A stretch of 64,000 nt of DNA from positions 1,116,001 through 1,180,000 of the forward strand of contig JABVCE010000013.1 of assembly GCA_014905635.1 (NCBI GenBank). Direction: 5' to 3'. The position numbers and the translations under genes were made by a program. Below the pieces are notes generated by a model, which was given only the letters and a program-made list of their open reading frames with translations, was not told the DNA's origin and searched no databases. Positions 1 through 10,891 of the stretch are shown in pieces. This DNA is from Scenedesmus sp. PABB004 (taxonomy: Eukaryota). Each line of letters opens with the position of its first letter. Position 1 is the first letter of the stretch.

Positions 1-1439
1 TCCCCATGCAGCTGCTCGTGAACAACACCATCGTCGAGCTCGCGGGCGGCAAGGTGCCGCGCAGCGCCATGGACTGGCTCGCGCTGCTCCAGGGCGCCAG
101 CAAGCACGCCGCGGGTGTGCGCCGCGCGCCGCGCGCCGCACGCCCTGCGCGCGCCCGGCAGCCGCGGCCGGCGCAGCGCACCAGAACCCGCTGACCTGCC
201 CCCGTGCTCCGCGCCCGCCGCCGCGGCGCCCGCCTCGCCCCGCCAGGCAAGCTGCCCACCTTCCTCGTCAAGTGCGGGGGGGGGGCGCCGCCGCCGCGCG
301 CTCGCGGCCGCGCAGCCTTAGCCTGTGTCCCCAGCCCCGGCCCTGACGCCCCCCCCCCACCACACACACGCACACCACCACCACCACCGCGACCGCAGGT
401 TCCTGCCCAACATCACCATCGACGGCACCGAGATCAGCCTCGGCGTCGAGGCGTCCAAGGTCATCAACACGCTCGCCAACGGCACGCTCTCGATCGACCT
501 GCCGTCGCCCGGCCCCGGCGTCGGCGTCGCCGCGCCGCCGCCGCTGGAGCTCAACCTTACCGAGGGGCTCAACGTCACACTTGACGTGTTCAAGAAGCTC
601 CCCTCCATGCTCAAGAAGGTGCGCGAGACAGGCCGCCGCAGCCAGGCTGCAATGCAAGGCCGCCCGCAAGCCGCGCTGCGGGGCGCGGCCCGCCCGCGCG
701 CCGCCGCCCGCCCACCCGCGCTGCCCGCGCGCAGGTCGGCGAGACGCTCAGTAGCGCGCCGAGCCGGCTGCCGCCGCTGGAGGAGGTGGTCGGCGCTGAC
801 GGCTCCCTCGACGTGAACAAGGTGTGCTTGGGGGACCGCCTGGGGGCTGCCGCCTGGGGGCTGCCGCCGAGGCGCGCGCCGCGTCCGTGCGCAGCCGCTC
901 AGCCCCGCCGCCCCCGCGCGTGCACCTGGCGTCGCAGCTGCTGAAGCGCACGCTGGACATCGACATCGACGTGCCGTCGCTGCAGCCCCCCAATCTCGCC
1001 AAGATGGCGGCGGACATCAGCGGCGCGCTGCCCGCGGTCGCGGCCAAGCTCGGCGTCGACACCGCCGGCGTCAAGTTTCCCGAGCCGGTGCGGGCCCGCG
1101 CCGGGGAGCACGTGGTGGCACGCGTGCGAGCCGCACGGCTCGCCGCTGCACCCCCGTCGCCGCCGCGGGCTCGGCCAGGCAGCTGGGCGTGGCGCTGGGC
1201 ACGCGTGCCCACTCGCCCCGCTCGCCACCGCGCGGCGCGCGCAGGCCCAGGTCCAGAAGGTGGTGGCCAGCGGCGGCAAGCTCATCACCAAGGACCAGGG
1301 CCGCGTGGACCTGATCGCCACGATGACGGAGCTGCCGCAGAAGCTGCCGACCTTCTCGCAGCGCCTCAGCAAGATTGTGCCGCCGGCGCCGAAGCTCGAG
1401 GACGTCATGCGCCTCGCGGCGCGCATGCTGAACCGCTGA
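1..1439 (+). CDS. 5'-truncated multi-exon hypothetical protein
   Basis: Coding-like exons (MQLLVNNTIVEL, FLPNITIDGTEISLG, LLKRTLDIDIDVPS, VQKVVASGGKLIT...MLNR*) are separated by GT..CAG GC-rich introns; stop TGA at 1437-1439. No family recognised. Confidence 0.7.
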
Positions 1440-1832
1440 GGGTGTGAGATTTGGCTGCTGTGAGGGTGTTGTGGCTGTTGAGCTGCTGCGAGGGTGCTGG
1501 GAGCCGCCGCGAGGCACACATGACCGACCCGCTGACCAAACTGTGCAATGACCGGCGCCGCCGCCCCGCGCCGTGGCCGCTCCGACAGCGCGCGGCGCCG
1601 CGCATCGAGCTCGAGAGGCGTGCGGTGCGTCCGCGTCCGCCGTGACACGAGTTCCCGGGGTCTCAATCCGCGGGGCGCAGCAGGTCTCGCCCGCTCCGGC
1701 CCAGAGCCCGGCAGGCTAACCCGGCCCGCGCTGCCACACTCCCGTCGTCACGGCAACACAGAGAGCAGTCTCCCCGCGCGTGCGAGCTCACAGGCGCGCG
1801 AGCAGAGGGGCCGCGAGCGAGCGTCTACCGCG

Positions 1833-4210
1833 ATGGCGCGCTCCCACGGCCTCGCGCTGGCCCTGGTGGCCGTGATTTTCCTCGGTGAGCGACGCGCGCT
1901 GACTGTGGCCGCGGCGCGGCGGGCGGCGGTGGCGCGCGGGCGCGGTCCCGCCCCCGCTCCCGCCATCGGCCGCCCGCGCCCGCTCGTTCCGGCGCCTGGC
2001 GCCGGCGGTGACGGCGCGAACGGCCTGACACGTGCCACAGAACTCACTGCCACCAAGACAGCGCCCCTGGGCGCTCGTGCGCGCCGCATCACGCCCTGTA
2101 CTGCTGCACTCACCGCCGCCCGCCACCGCCACCGCCACCGCCCCCGCCCTCTCTGCCCGCCCGCCCGACCACCGCAGGCGCGTCGCACCAGGCCGCCGCG
2201 GCGCGCTGGCTGACGCAGCTCACGCCCGCCGGCGGCTCGACCTGGGGCGCGCCGGCGCAGTACGGCGCGGCCGCGCTGCCGGCGCCGAGCGCGCTGCCGG
2301 CGCCGACCTTCCAGAGCGGCGCGGCCGGCGCCATTGAGATGCCACAGCTGCTGATGGGCGCCATGCCGGCGCCCAAGCCCACCGCGGTGCCGCTGCAGGC
2401 GACGCACGTGCAGCTGCCCGTCGGCGCGCCCGTTGCCGCGCCCGTGCTGCTGGCGCAGGCGGCCGCCGCCACGCCGGCGGGGTCGTTCGTGCCCGGCGCC
2501 GTCAGCACGGCGCCGCTGCCGCTCGGCACGCCCGTCGCGGCGGCGGCGCCCGCGGCCGCGGCCGCCGTGCCCCTCTCCCACGCGGCGCCGATGCCGTCGG
2601 CGGCGCAGCCCGCGGCGGCCGGCGCGCTCACCGCCAGCAACATGCGCACCGCCGCGCCCGCCGGCGCTGGCGCGGGCATGGTCAGCGTGCCCGCGAGCGC
2701 CAACCCGCTGGAGGCGCTCCGCGCGCTCGAGGCGCAGGCGCAGAGCTTCGTGCAGCAGCGCCTGCCCGGCATCGTGAGCGTCGCGAGCAACGTGCTGTCG
2801 CAGCTCAACGAGACCGCGCTGCCGCCGGGCATCGAGCGTCTGCTGCCGGCCGCCGGCGCCAACGCCACCGTCGCGTCCGTCCTCGACTCCCTCGCGTCGG
2901 GCAGCCTCAAGCTCCCCAGCCTTGCCAACCTCACCGCCGCGCTGCCCAAGGGCCTGCAGGGCCTGCGCCTGCCCGGCCTGCCCGGCGCGGGCGGCGCAGG
3001 CGCGGGCGGCGCCGGTGCCGCCGGCGCCGGCGCGCGCGGCGCGCCCGCCGCGCGCGCCGCGCCGCGCGTGGGCGCGCGCATGGTCGACGTCCACGACACC
3101 GCCGGCAACGTCATCTCGACCGTGCCCGCCGACAGCGAGCTGCGCTCCTTTGAGCCCGGGCCGCTGCGCTACTACAACCTGGCCGAGCAGGAGGCCCGTC
3201 TGCGCGCGCAGGCGGAGGCCATCCGCACGCGCGCCGAGCAGGGCGTGGACGTCGGCCTCACGCCCCGCGCGCCGCGCGGCGCCGCGGCCCGCCGCGCCGC
3301 CGCGCCGGCGGCGCCGGCCAAGACCGAGGAGGAGCCGGCGCACGCCAAGGCCGCGCCCGCGCACGCCAAGGCCGCCGCGCCCGCCAAGGCCGCCCCCGCG
3401 CCCGCGGGCGAGGACATCACCAAGCTCGCGCCGGCGGCGCCCGCGCGCCGCGCCGCGCCGCGCGCCGCCAAGGCGCACGCGGCGGCCGGCACCCCCGCCG
3501 ACCGCGACCGGCGCTTTGAGCTGGTGGACGGCAAGGTCGTGCCCGCCAAGCCCGCGGCCGCGGCGGCCGCGGCGGAGCCGACGCCCGCGGCCAAGCCCGC
3601 GCCCGCCAAGCCGGCGGAGCCCGCGTCCGCCAAGGCGGCGGAGCCCGCGCCCGCCAAGGCGGCGGAGCCCGCGTCCGCCAAGGCCGCCGAGCCCGCGCCC
3701 GCCAAGGCTGCGGAGCCCGCGCCCGCCAAGGCGGCCGAGCCCGCGCCCGCGAAGGCGGCCGAGCCCGCGCCCGCGAAGGCGGCCGAGCCCGCCGCCGCGC
3801 CCGCCGAGGCCGTGGAGGCGGTGGCGGTGGAGGTGGTGGCCGAGCCTGAGGCCAAGGAGATCGTGGAGGCTGAGGAGATTGTGGAGGCTGAGGAGGTGCG
3901 CGACCGCACAGGGCAGGGCCACCGACGGCGGGCCGCGCCCCGCCTGGCCGCGCGAGCGCTCGCGCGCCCGCGCCGCTCACGCGCCCGCCCGCCCGCTGCC
4001 ACCGCGCAGCCCGCCGCCGAGGCCGCCAAGCCCGCTGCTGCCGCTGCGGCGGAGCCCGCCGCCGCCGGGGCTGAGGCCGCCGACGAGCCCGCCGCTGCGG
4101 AGCCCGCCGCCGCTGTGGAGCCCGCCGCTGCGGCCGACGCGCCCGCCGCCGAGGAGGAGGCCAAGGAGGAGGAGGCGCAGTCCGCCGCGGCGGCCCCCAA
4201 GCACAGCTGA
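1833..4210 (+). CDS. Secreted Ala/Pro/Glu/Lys-rich repeat protein (putative cell-surface/wall protein)
   Basis: ATG 1833 gives the signal-peptide-like MARSHGLALALVAVIFLG. Intron 1885-2177 joins it in frame to ORF 2339-4210. Contains (PAPAKAAE)n repeats; TGTAA lies downstream at 4347. Confidence 0.75.
3590..3800 (+). repeat. Coding tandem repeat, 24-nt unit (PAPAKAAE/PASAKAAE), about 8 copies
   Basis: Repeated gcccgccaaggcggcggagcccgc-type units read directly from the sequence. Confidence 0.9.
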
Positions 4211-4346
4211 GCGCGCACTGGGGGGGGGGTGCGTGGGCGTAGCCAGCGGTGTAGCGCTTTTGCAGGGCTTTAGGGTTAGACTCTTGGGCAGTCCATGGGG
4301 TCCAAGCACCAGCATGTGTTCCCCGCGCGCACGCTGGCACCCTCTG

Positions 4347-4351
4347 TGTAA
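4347..4351 (+). terminator. TGTAA chlorophyte polyadenylation signal
   Basis: TGTAA about 140 nt after the stop at 4210; this is the known chlorophyte poly(A) signal. Confidence 0.55.
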
Positions 4352-4584
4352 GCTTTGGCGCAGCGAGCGCGCTAGGGTTGCCGCCAGGCCGGAGCGGGCG
4401 CGAGCAGCAGCAGCGGCGGCGCCGCCAGCACAGGCAGGGACTCGCGCGAGGCCGCCAGTCCCCGTCGCCGCGCTCGAGCGGCTCCTGCTCCCTTCCGCGC
4501 CGCGCGCAGCGGGCTTGCGACGGAGGCAGCGCGGCGGTGCCGCTGCCGCTGCCGCTGCCGCCGCTGCCGGCGCCGGGGGCCACA

Positions 4585-7500
4585 ATGATCGTCAAAGTCT
4601 CCCAGGTGCCGGACTGGGAGCGGCGAGCGATGCGGCTGTCGCTGGGGCTGGCGTTCTTCACCTCGCTGTCGCTCACGCTTTGGCTCGTGCCAGGTGCCGC
4701 GCCGCGCCGCGTGCACGCCCGCGCATAAGCCCGCCGCCGCCGCAGCCACCGCAGCAGCCTGCCCACGCCGCGCACCCCGCCGCGGCAGAGCGCTTCCGCG
4801 CCGAGTGGGGCGACGAGGTCGCGCAGTCGTGCGTGTGGGCGGGCGCGACGTGCGCGGTCGTCGCGGCGTCTCCGCTCATCGGCAAGGTCGCCCAGCTCTC
4901 GAGCGAGCGCACGCTCGGCACGCTCCTCGGCGGCCTGCTCGGCTTCCTGGTGCGCACCGGACCGCCACGGGGCGCAGGGGCGCAGGGGCGCACAGCGCCC
5001 GACGCCGCAGGGGCGCCGGCGCCGCCGCCGCGCCGTCGCGACGCCCCCTCCTCCCGCGCGCCTCGCGCGCGCGCCTCCCTCGCGCCCCGCCAGGTGTACG
5101 ACTACGGCGTGCTGATGCTCCCGGCGACCGAGGCGGTGCAGGCGGGGTTCATGGTCGCGTGCGCGGCCGGCGTCGGCGCGCTGAGCTGCTGGCTGAGCAT
5201 GAAGTTCAAGCTCGACGCGTCGATGCGGCTGTTCGTCATAACGTTCATCATCGTGAGCCGCACCCGCTGACCTGGCGCCGACCTGGCGGCGCGCCGGGCT
5301 GGCCGCGCCGCGGCCTCGCGCGCCGGCCCCAGAGCGCCACGGCGCCGCGCCGCCGCCGCCGCTCGCGCGCCCGCCGCCGCTCACGCGCCCGCGCGCGTCC
5401 GGCCGTGCGTCGCGCCCCAGGTGACGTTTGGCGCGCACAACGCGAGCAGCGAGAGCGCGGCCGGCGTCGCGCTGCTGCGCACGGGCGGCATCATCGCGGG
5501 CGTGCTGGTGCTGATGACGCTGACGCTCGTCATCCTGCCCAAGAGCGCGACGATCGAGTCCCTGCGGTGCGCCGCCGCCCCGCCGCGCCGCGCAGCGCCG
5601 CCGCGCCGTTGCGGCGCACCGCCGCCGAGCGCCGCCGCCGCGCGCCGGCGCTGGCTCGGCTGCTGCGGGCGGTGCAGGGAGATGAAGAACGGGCTCAAGC
5701 TGCTCACCGAGCTCAACACGCTCGTCTGGACGAGCCGCACCGAGGCAGAGGCGGCCATGAAGCAGGCCGCCGCGGCGGCGCGCGAGGCGGAGGCCGCGGC
5801 GGCCGCGACCGCCGCCGCCGCCGACGCGGCGCACGCGGGCGGCCGCGCGCTGGCGCGGCTGCTGAGCAGCAGCAGCGCCCAGCGTGGCGAGTACGCGCGC
5901 CTGCCCAACGGCCCCACGGCAGCAGACCTGGAGGCCGGCGCGGCGCCGGGTCCGGCGGCGTGCGCTGGCGGGTCCGGCGGCGCTGGGCGGATCTCGCAGC
6001 TCACGCGGGCGCTGCAGGGCGGCGCCGGCGGCGGCCCCGCGCCGCCGCCGGCCAAGCCGCAGTCGGGCGCGCCGGCGGGGCTGGCGGGGGCGCCGGGCGG
6101 CCCGGCGCTGTCGTATGATCAGATTATGGAGAAGTACGAGGTGTGTGCAAACCCTAAACCCACTCAGGAGGAGCCAGAGTGTGTGTGGGGGGCCGCCGCC
6201 CACCGGCCGCGGCCCGCCGCCCCGCGGCGCCGCAGGAGCGCTGCGAGGGCGTGCTGACGGCGGTGTATCAGAGCATGTTCAAGGTCAAGGAGCTCATGGG
6301 AGTCGCAGAGTCGGAGGTGCGGCGCGGCGCTGGCGCGCAGGCCGGCGCGGGTCGCAACACCGCATGCCTGACGCCCCGCCGGCGCGCCACACATGAAGGT
6401 CTACGTGCACCATTGCTACGGCCACTACGTCTTCGTCCCCGCCCTCTTCTTCACGCGCGCCGCGGTCGACTGGGCGCTGCCGCGGCGCTGGCGCCTGCCG
6501 GCCGCCGCGCTGGAGGAGCTCGCCACGAGCGTGCGCATCATCGCGCGCCTGCTGTGGACGGTGCACCTCGAGTATTCTCAGGTGTGGGCCGCCGAGCGCT
6601 GCGCGACGAGCCGGTCGTCGCCGCCACCTGCTCACTCGCCGCCGCCGCCGCCGCTCACTCGCCGCGGCCGTGTGGCGCAGGGCTTTGACGACGTGCTCGC
6701 CGCGCTGCCGCCTGCGGCGTGCATGGCCAACCTGCTGGAGGAGCTCGGGCGGCTCATGGCGGCCAGCCTGGGCGTGCTGATCGAGGCCTTCCCAAACAAG
6801 GACTCCATCCTGGTGGACGACTTCAGCAAGCTCGGCGCGCTCGTGGACCGGTGCGCGCCGCGCCGCACGCGCCGCGCGGCCGCCGTGCGCCGCGCGCACG
6901 CCGCGCGACCGCCGGCCACCGCCGGCCACCGCCGGCCACCGCCGACCACCGCCGCCGCTGGCGACCACCGCAGCATGCTGGAGGTGTGTGAGGCGCAGCA
7001 CGCACACCTCATCACCGACCTGGCCGCCAACCGGCCCAAGGCGCACCGCGCCGCCCGTGCCGGGAGCCCGCCGGCCTCGCCGCACGCGACGCTGGGCGGC
7101 GCCTTCGACGGCGCGGCGGCCCTGCTGCCGCCCACGCCGCCACGCCAGGTCGCGTTTGTCACGTTTGACTCGGTGACGGGGGCGGCGGGGGCGGCGGGGG
7201 CGGCGGGGGCGCCGCACCTGTACGACAGCCTCACGCTGGAGGGCCTGCCGGGCCCGCTGCCGGCCGAGTCGCCGCCGCTCGCGTCGCCCGACGGCACGCT
7301 GTTCAGGCTCTCGGGCCTGGGGAGCCTGCCCGGCGGCGGCAGCGACGGCGGCGGCGGCGCGGACGCCGCGCGCGCGCTGCTGCTGTCGCGCACCGCCTCC
7401 GACCTGGGGCCCGCCGCGGCTCAGGCCGCCCCGGCGGCGGCGCTGGGCACGGCAGCGTCGGGGCCGACCGGCAGCCTGATCCGTTCAAAGTTCAAGCCCC

Positions 7501-7910
7501 ACGCCGTGCTTGCGGCGGTGCGGCTGGCGCGCAGCAGCGCGGCGGCCAGGCCCCTCGGCGGGGGCCTCACGCCGCCGCCGTGCGCGGCGCCCGCCGCGCC
7601 GGCGCCCGCCGCCCACACGGTGGCGGGCGCCGCGGCGGGCGGCGGCGGCGGCGTCGCGCCCAGCCCCGGCGCGGCGCCGGCAGCTGGCAGCCCGGGCGGC
7701 GCGGGCGGCGCGGCGGCGCTGGCCAGCGCCGCCATGGCGGCGCCCGGCGGCAGCAGCGACGAGGCGCCGCGCGGGGCCATGGACCTGGGGTTTGTCAAAC
7801 TGACCCGGTGGTACAGCTTTGTCTTCCTGGTGAGCGAGCTGTACGACGAGCTCGACCGGCTCTACTGCGCGACGCGCAACGTGCTGGGCGCGCTGCCGCA
7901 CGGCCTCTGA
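4585..7910 (+). CDS. ALMT: Aluminium-activated malate transporter (ALMT/FUSC-like) anion channel
   Basis: N-terminal TM domain with WAGATCAVVAASPLIGKVAQLSSERTLGTLLGG, RLFVITF and LRTGGIIAG..VILPKSA, matching the ALMT pattern (W..TVVVV..G....R..GT..G); long cytosolic C-terminus; multi-exon. Confidence 0.75.
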
Positions 7911-8008
7911 GCGGCCGCGGCGCGCGGGGACGTGGCGGCGTCGACAGAACGCGGCGGGGCGCCTGCCCCGCTCGCCAGGAGCGCGGACGACGAGCGGCTT
8001 CAAACGAA

Positions 8009-8013
8009 TGTAA
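8009..8013 (+). terminator. TGTAA polyadenylation signal of the ALMT gene
   Basis: TGTAA about 100 nt after the stop at 7910. Confidence 0.55.
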
Positions 8014-8113
8014 CCACGACGCGACACCTCACCCCCGCTCCCGCCGCCGCAGCGCACGACGCGCGCGCGCGGGGCGCTAGCTCACCCCGCTCTCGCGCTC
8101 GGGGGCGCTGCCG

Positions 8114-10608
8114 CTACTGCTGCGGGCGCGGCGGCGCGCCAAAGCCCGTCCAGCCCGGCTGCTGCGGCCCCGGGGGCGCGCCCGGGTGCTGCGGGCGCGG
8201 CGCGCCAAAGCCGCTGTGCGGCGGCGGGCCCGCGCCCGGCACGTAGTACGGCGCAGACCCGAGGTGCGGCGGCTGCTGCTGCGGCGGCGGCTGCTGGTAG
8301 TGCTGCGGCGGCGGCTGCTGCGGCGGGTAGCCACCGCCGCCCGGGTGGTGGTGGTGCGCCATCATGGGCGGGCGCTGCTGGTAGCCGGGCGGCGCCATCG
8401 CGCCGCCCTGCTGGTACGCGTGGTGGTGCTGCGGCGGCGGGCCGCCCGCCGCCCACGGCGGCGGCGCCGCCTGCGGCTGCTGCCAGTGCTGCGGCGGCGG
8501 CCCCTGCTGCATCATCATCATCGGCGGCGCGTAGCCGCCGTAGCTGCCCGCCGCGGCGGGGCCCATCAGCGCGCCGCGCCCGTTGCGCGGCGGCGCCGCG
8601 CCGCCGCCCGCCGGCGGGCCGCCCTGCGGCGGGCCGCCGCGCCCGCCGCGCCCGCCGCCGCGCCCGCCGCCGTCCGCCGCCAGGCCCATGCGCTGCAGCT
8701 GCGCGCCCGTGGCGTGCGCGCGGAAGCCCGGCGACGGGCCCTCGCGCCCGCCGCCGCCGCCGCGGCCGCCGCCGCCCCGGCCGGCGGCGGCGCCGCCGCC
8801 GAAGCGCCCGCGGCCGCGGGCACCGCCGCGCCCCGGCGCGGCGCCGGCGCCGCCGCCGCCGCCGCCGCCCTCCCCCGCCTTGCGCTTCGTCGCGCCCTGG
8901 CTGCGCCGCCACTCCGCCTCGGCCTCATCATCACTGAAGTACGGCTCCTCCTCCTCCTCCGCCTCCAGCCCGGGCTCGTAGTCGGCGCCGCCGCCGCCGC
9001 GGCCGCCGCGCGCCGCGGCCGCTTCGGCCGCCGCCGCCGCCGAATACACGGCGTCCTCCACCAGCTGGCAGAGCCCCTCGGCGCTGAACACGCGCGCCCC
9101 GGCCGTGAGCGCCGGCGGCGGCGGGGCCGGCCCGGCGTAGCGCAGCGCGTAGAGGGGCCCCGCCACGGGGCCAAACACCTCCTCCACGCGCCCGATGGGC
9201 GTGCGGTCCTCCAGCAGCAGCACCGAGCTGCGCCGGCGCGGCGGCCAGTGGGCGGCGGCGCGTGGGGAGGGGCGCAGCACGCGGCGGCAGCGCGACGGCA
9301 GCGCGGCGGCGGCGCGGCGCGCACCCCTGGTCGAGCGCGCGCGCGTTGGCGAGGCCCTGCACCACGACCATGCCCTCCAGCACGCTGCTGACCAGCCCCG
9401 CCTGCTTCAGCTCCACGTCGGCGGGCACCACGAGGTCCCCGAGCGCCGCCACGGGCCCGCCCCAGCCCAGGTCGGCCTCCATGCTGGGCAGCCCGCCGCC
9501 GCCGGCGCCGCCGCCCTCCTCGTCCTCGTCGGCCCTGCGCGGCGGCCGCCCGGCGCGGCGGCGGTGCTGCTACTGCTGCGCGCGCTGCCGCCGCCAACGA
9601 CCCTGCGCCGCCGCCGCGCGGGGCCGCGCCCGCGCCCGGCCGCGCCCCAAGCGCCGCAGCGGCGACCGCTGCCCGGGCGGCGCCTCACCGCGCGTAGGCT
9701 TTTTCGATGAACGTCCGCATCTCAGCGTAGTCTATCGACTCCACGTCGCTCTCTTCACTGCTGCTGCTGCTGCTGCTTGCGCCCTCGCCGCTGCCGCCGG
9801 GGACAGGCCCACCGCCCGGCCCCTGCTGCTGCACGGCGTGCGCGCTGAGCAGCAGCGCCACGCGCACGCCGCCGTCCGGCGCGGGCGCGAGCTGCAGGCT
9901 CAGCAGCTGCTGCGCCTGCTGCTCCCCCGGCGCCGCGGCGGCGGCGCCGTGGCCGCCGGCGGCGTCCGCGTCCGCCATGTCGGCGTCGCCCGGCGCCTCG
10001 TCCGAGCTCTCCTCCGCTGACGAGCTCTCCTCCTCGGACGACGACTCCTGCGGGGCGTGCGCGGCGTCAGGCGTCGTCGGCGGCGGCGGCGGCGGCGCCG
10101 CGCAAGGGCGTGCCCCACGGGCGGGACGCGGCAACGGCCGTGCGGCGCCGCGGGGGCGCGGCGGCGCGTGCCTCGTCGTCGTCGTCGTCCAGCTGCTGCA
10201 GCTCCGCCATCGCCTGCATCGCCGAGGCCGCCGCCAGGGCCGCCACCTCCAGGTCGTCAACGCTCGGCAGCTCAAACGGCCCCGCGTCGCGCGGCGGCGC
10301 CTCCTCGGACCACTCCGCTGTCGCCGGCGCGTCTGCGGCCGGCGGGCGCGGCGGCGTTGCAACGGCGCCCGCCACCGGCTGGGTGGAGGCGGCGGGCAGC
10401 CCGGGCGCCGCGCTGCGCTGCTCTGCGGCGCCGCCGCCGGCTGGCGCGGGCCGCGGCGGCCGCCGCTGCTGCCCGGCCGGCGCCGCCGGCGCTGCCGGGG
10501 CGCGCAGCGGCCCCCGCCGGCACCGCGCCGCCACGCACCCGTCGCCATGTCCACGTCCAGCGGCTCCGGGGCGCCCGCCGCGGCGGCCGCCGCTGCAAGG
10601 TCGGCCAT
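8114..10608 (-). CDS. NAF1: H/ACA RNP assembly factor NAF1 (Gar1/Naf1 domain)
   Basis: Acidic/Ser N-terminus; core AGLVSSVLEGMVVVQ..ALDQGSVLLLEDRTPIGRVEEVFGPVAGPLYALRY; EEEPYFSDDEAE motif; RGG and Pro/Gln-rich tail. Confidence 0.88.
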
Positions 10609-10891
10609 TGCGCGCGCCCGCTGTGCCGGGAGCGGCGTCGAGCGTGTCGGAGACGGCGCTGTGGGTGGGCCGGAGCGCGGGCGGCGGCAAGGGGTGCGCC
10701 GCCGTCCCGCCGTCGCTGCCGCCGCGTCGCGACGCTGCGCCGTTTGCTGCCCTGCCAAACGGCGACGCCGTGCGGTATGATCAGCACCCACCCGCCCAGA
10801 TCGCATCCCCGGACGGCCCAGCAGGCGGCGGAGGACGCACAGGGTGCCGGCGGGGCGGCGACAGCGGCGGCGGGCCGCGCGCCTCGCCGCC
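10609..10891. promoter_or_regulatory. Short divergent (probably bidirectional) promoter region between NAF1 and the NELF-A-like gene
   Basis: Only 283 bp separate the two head-to-head ATGs (10608 on -, 10892 on +). Confidence 0.55.
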
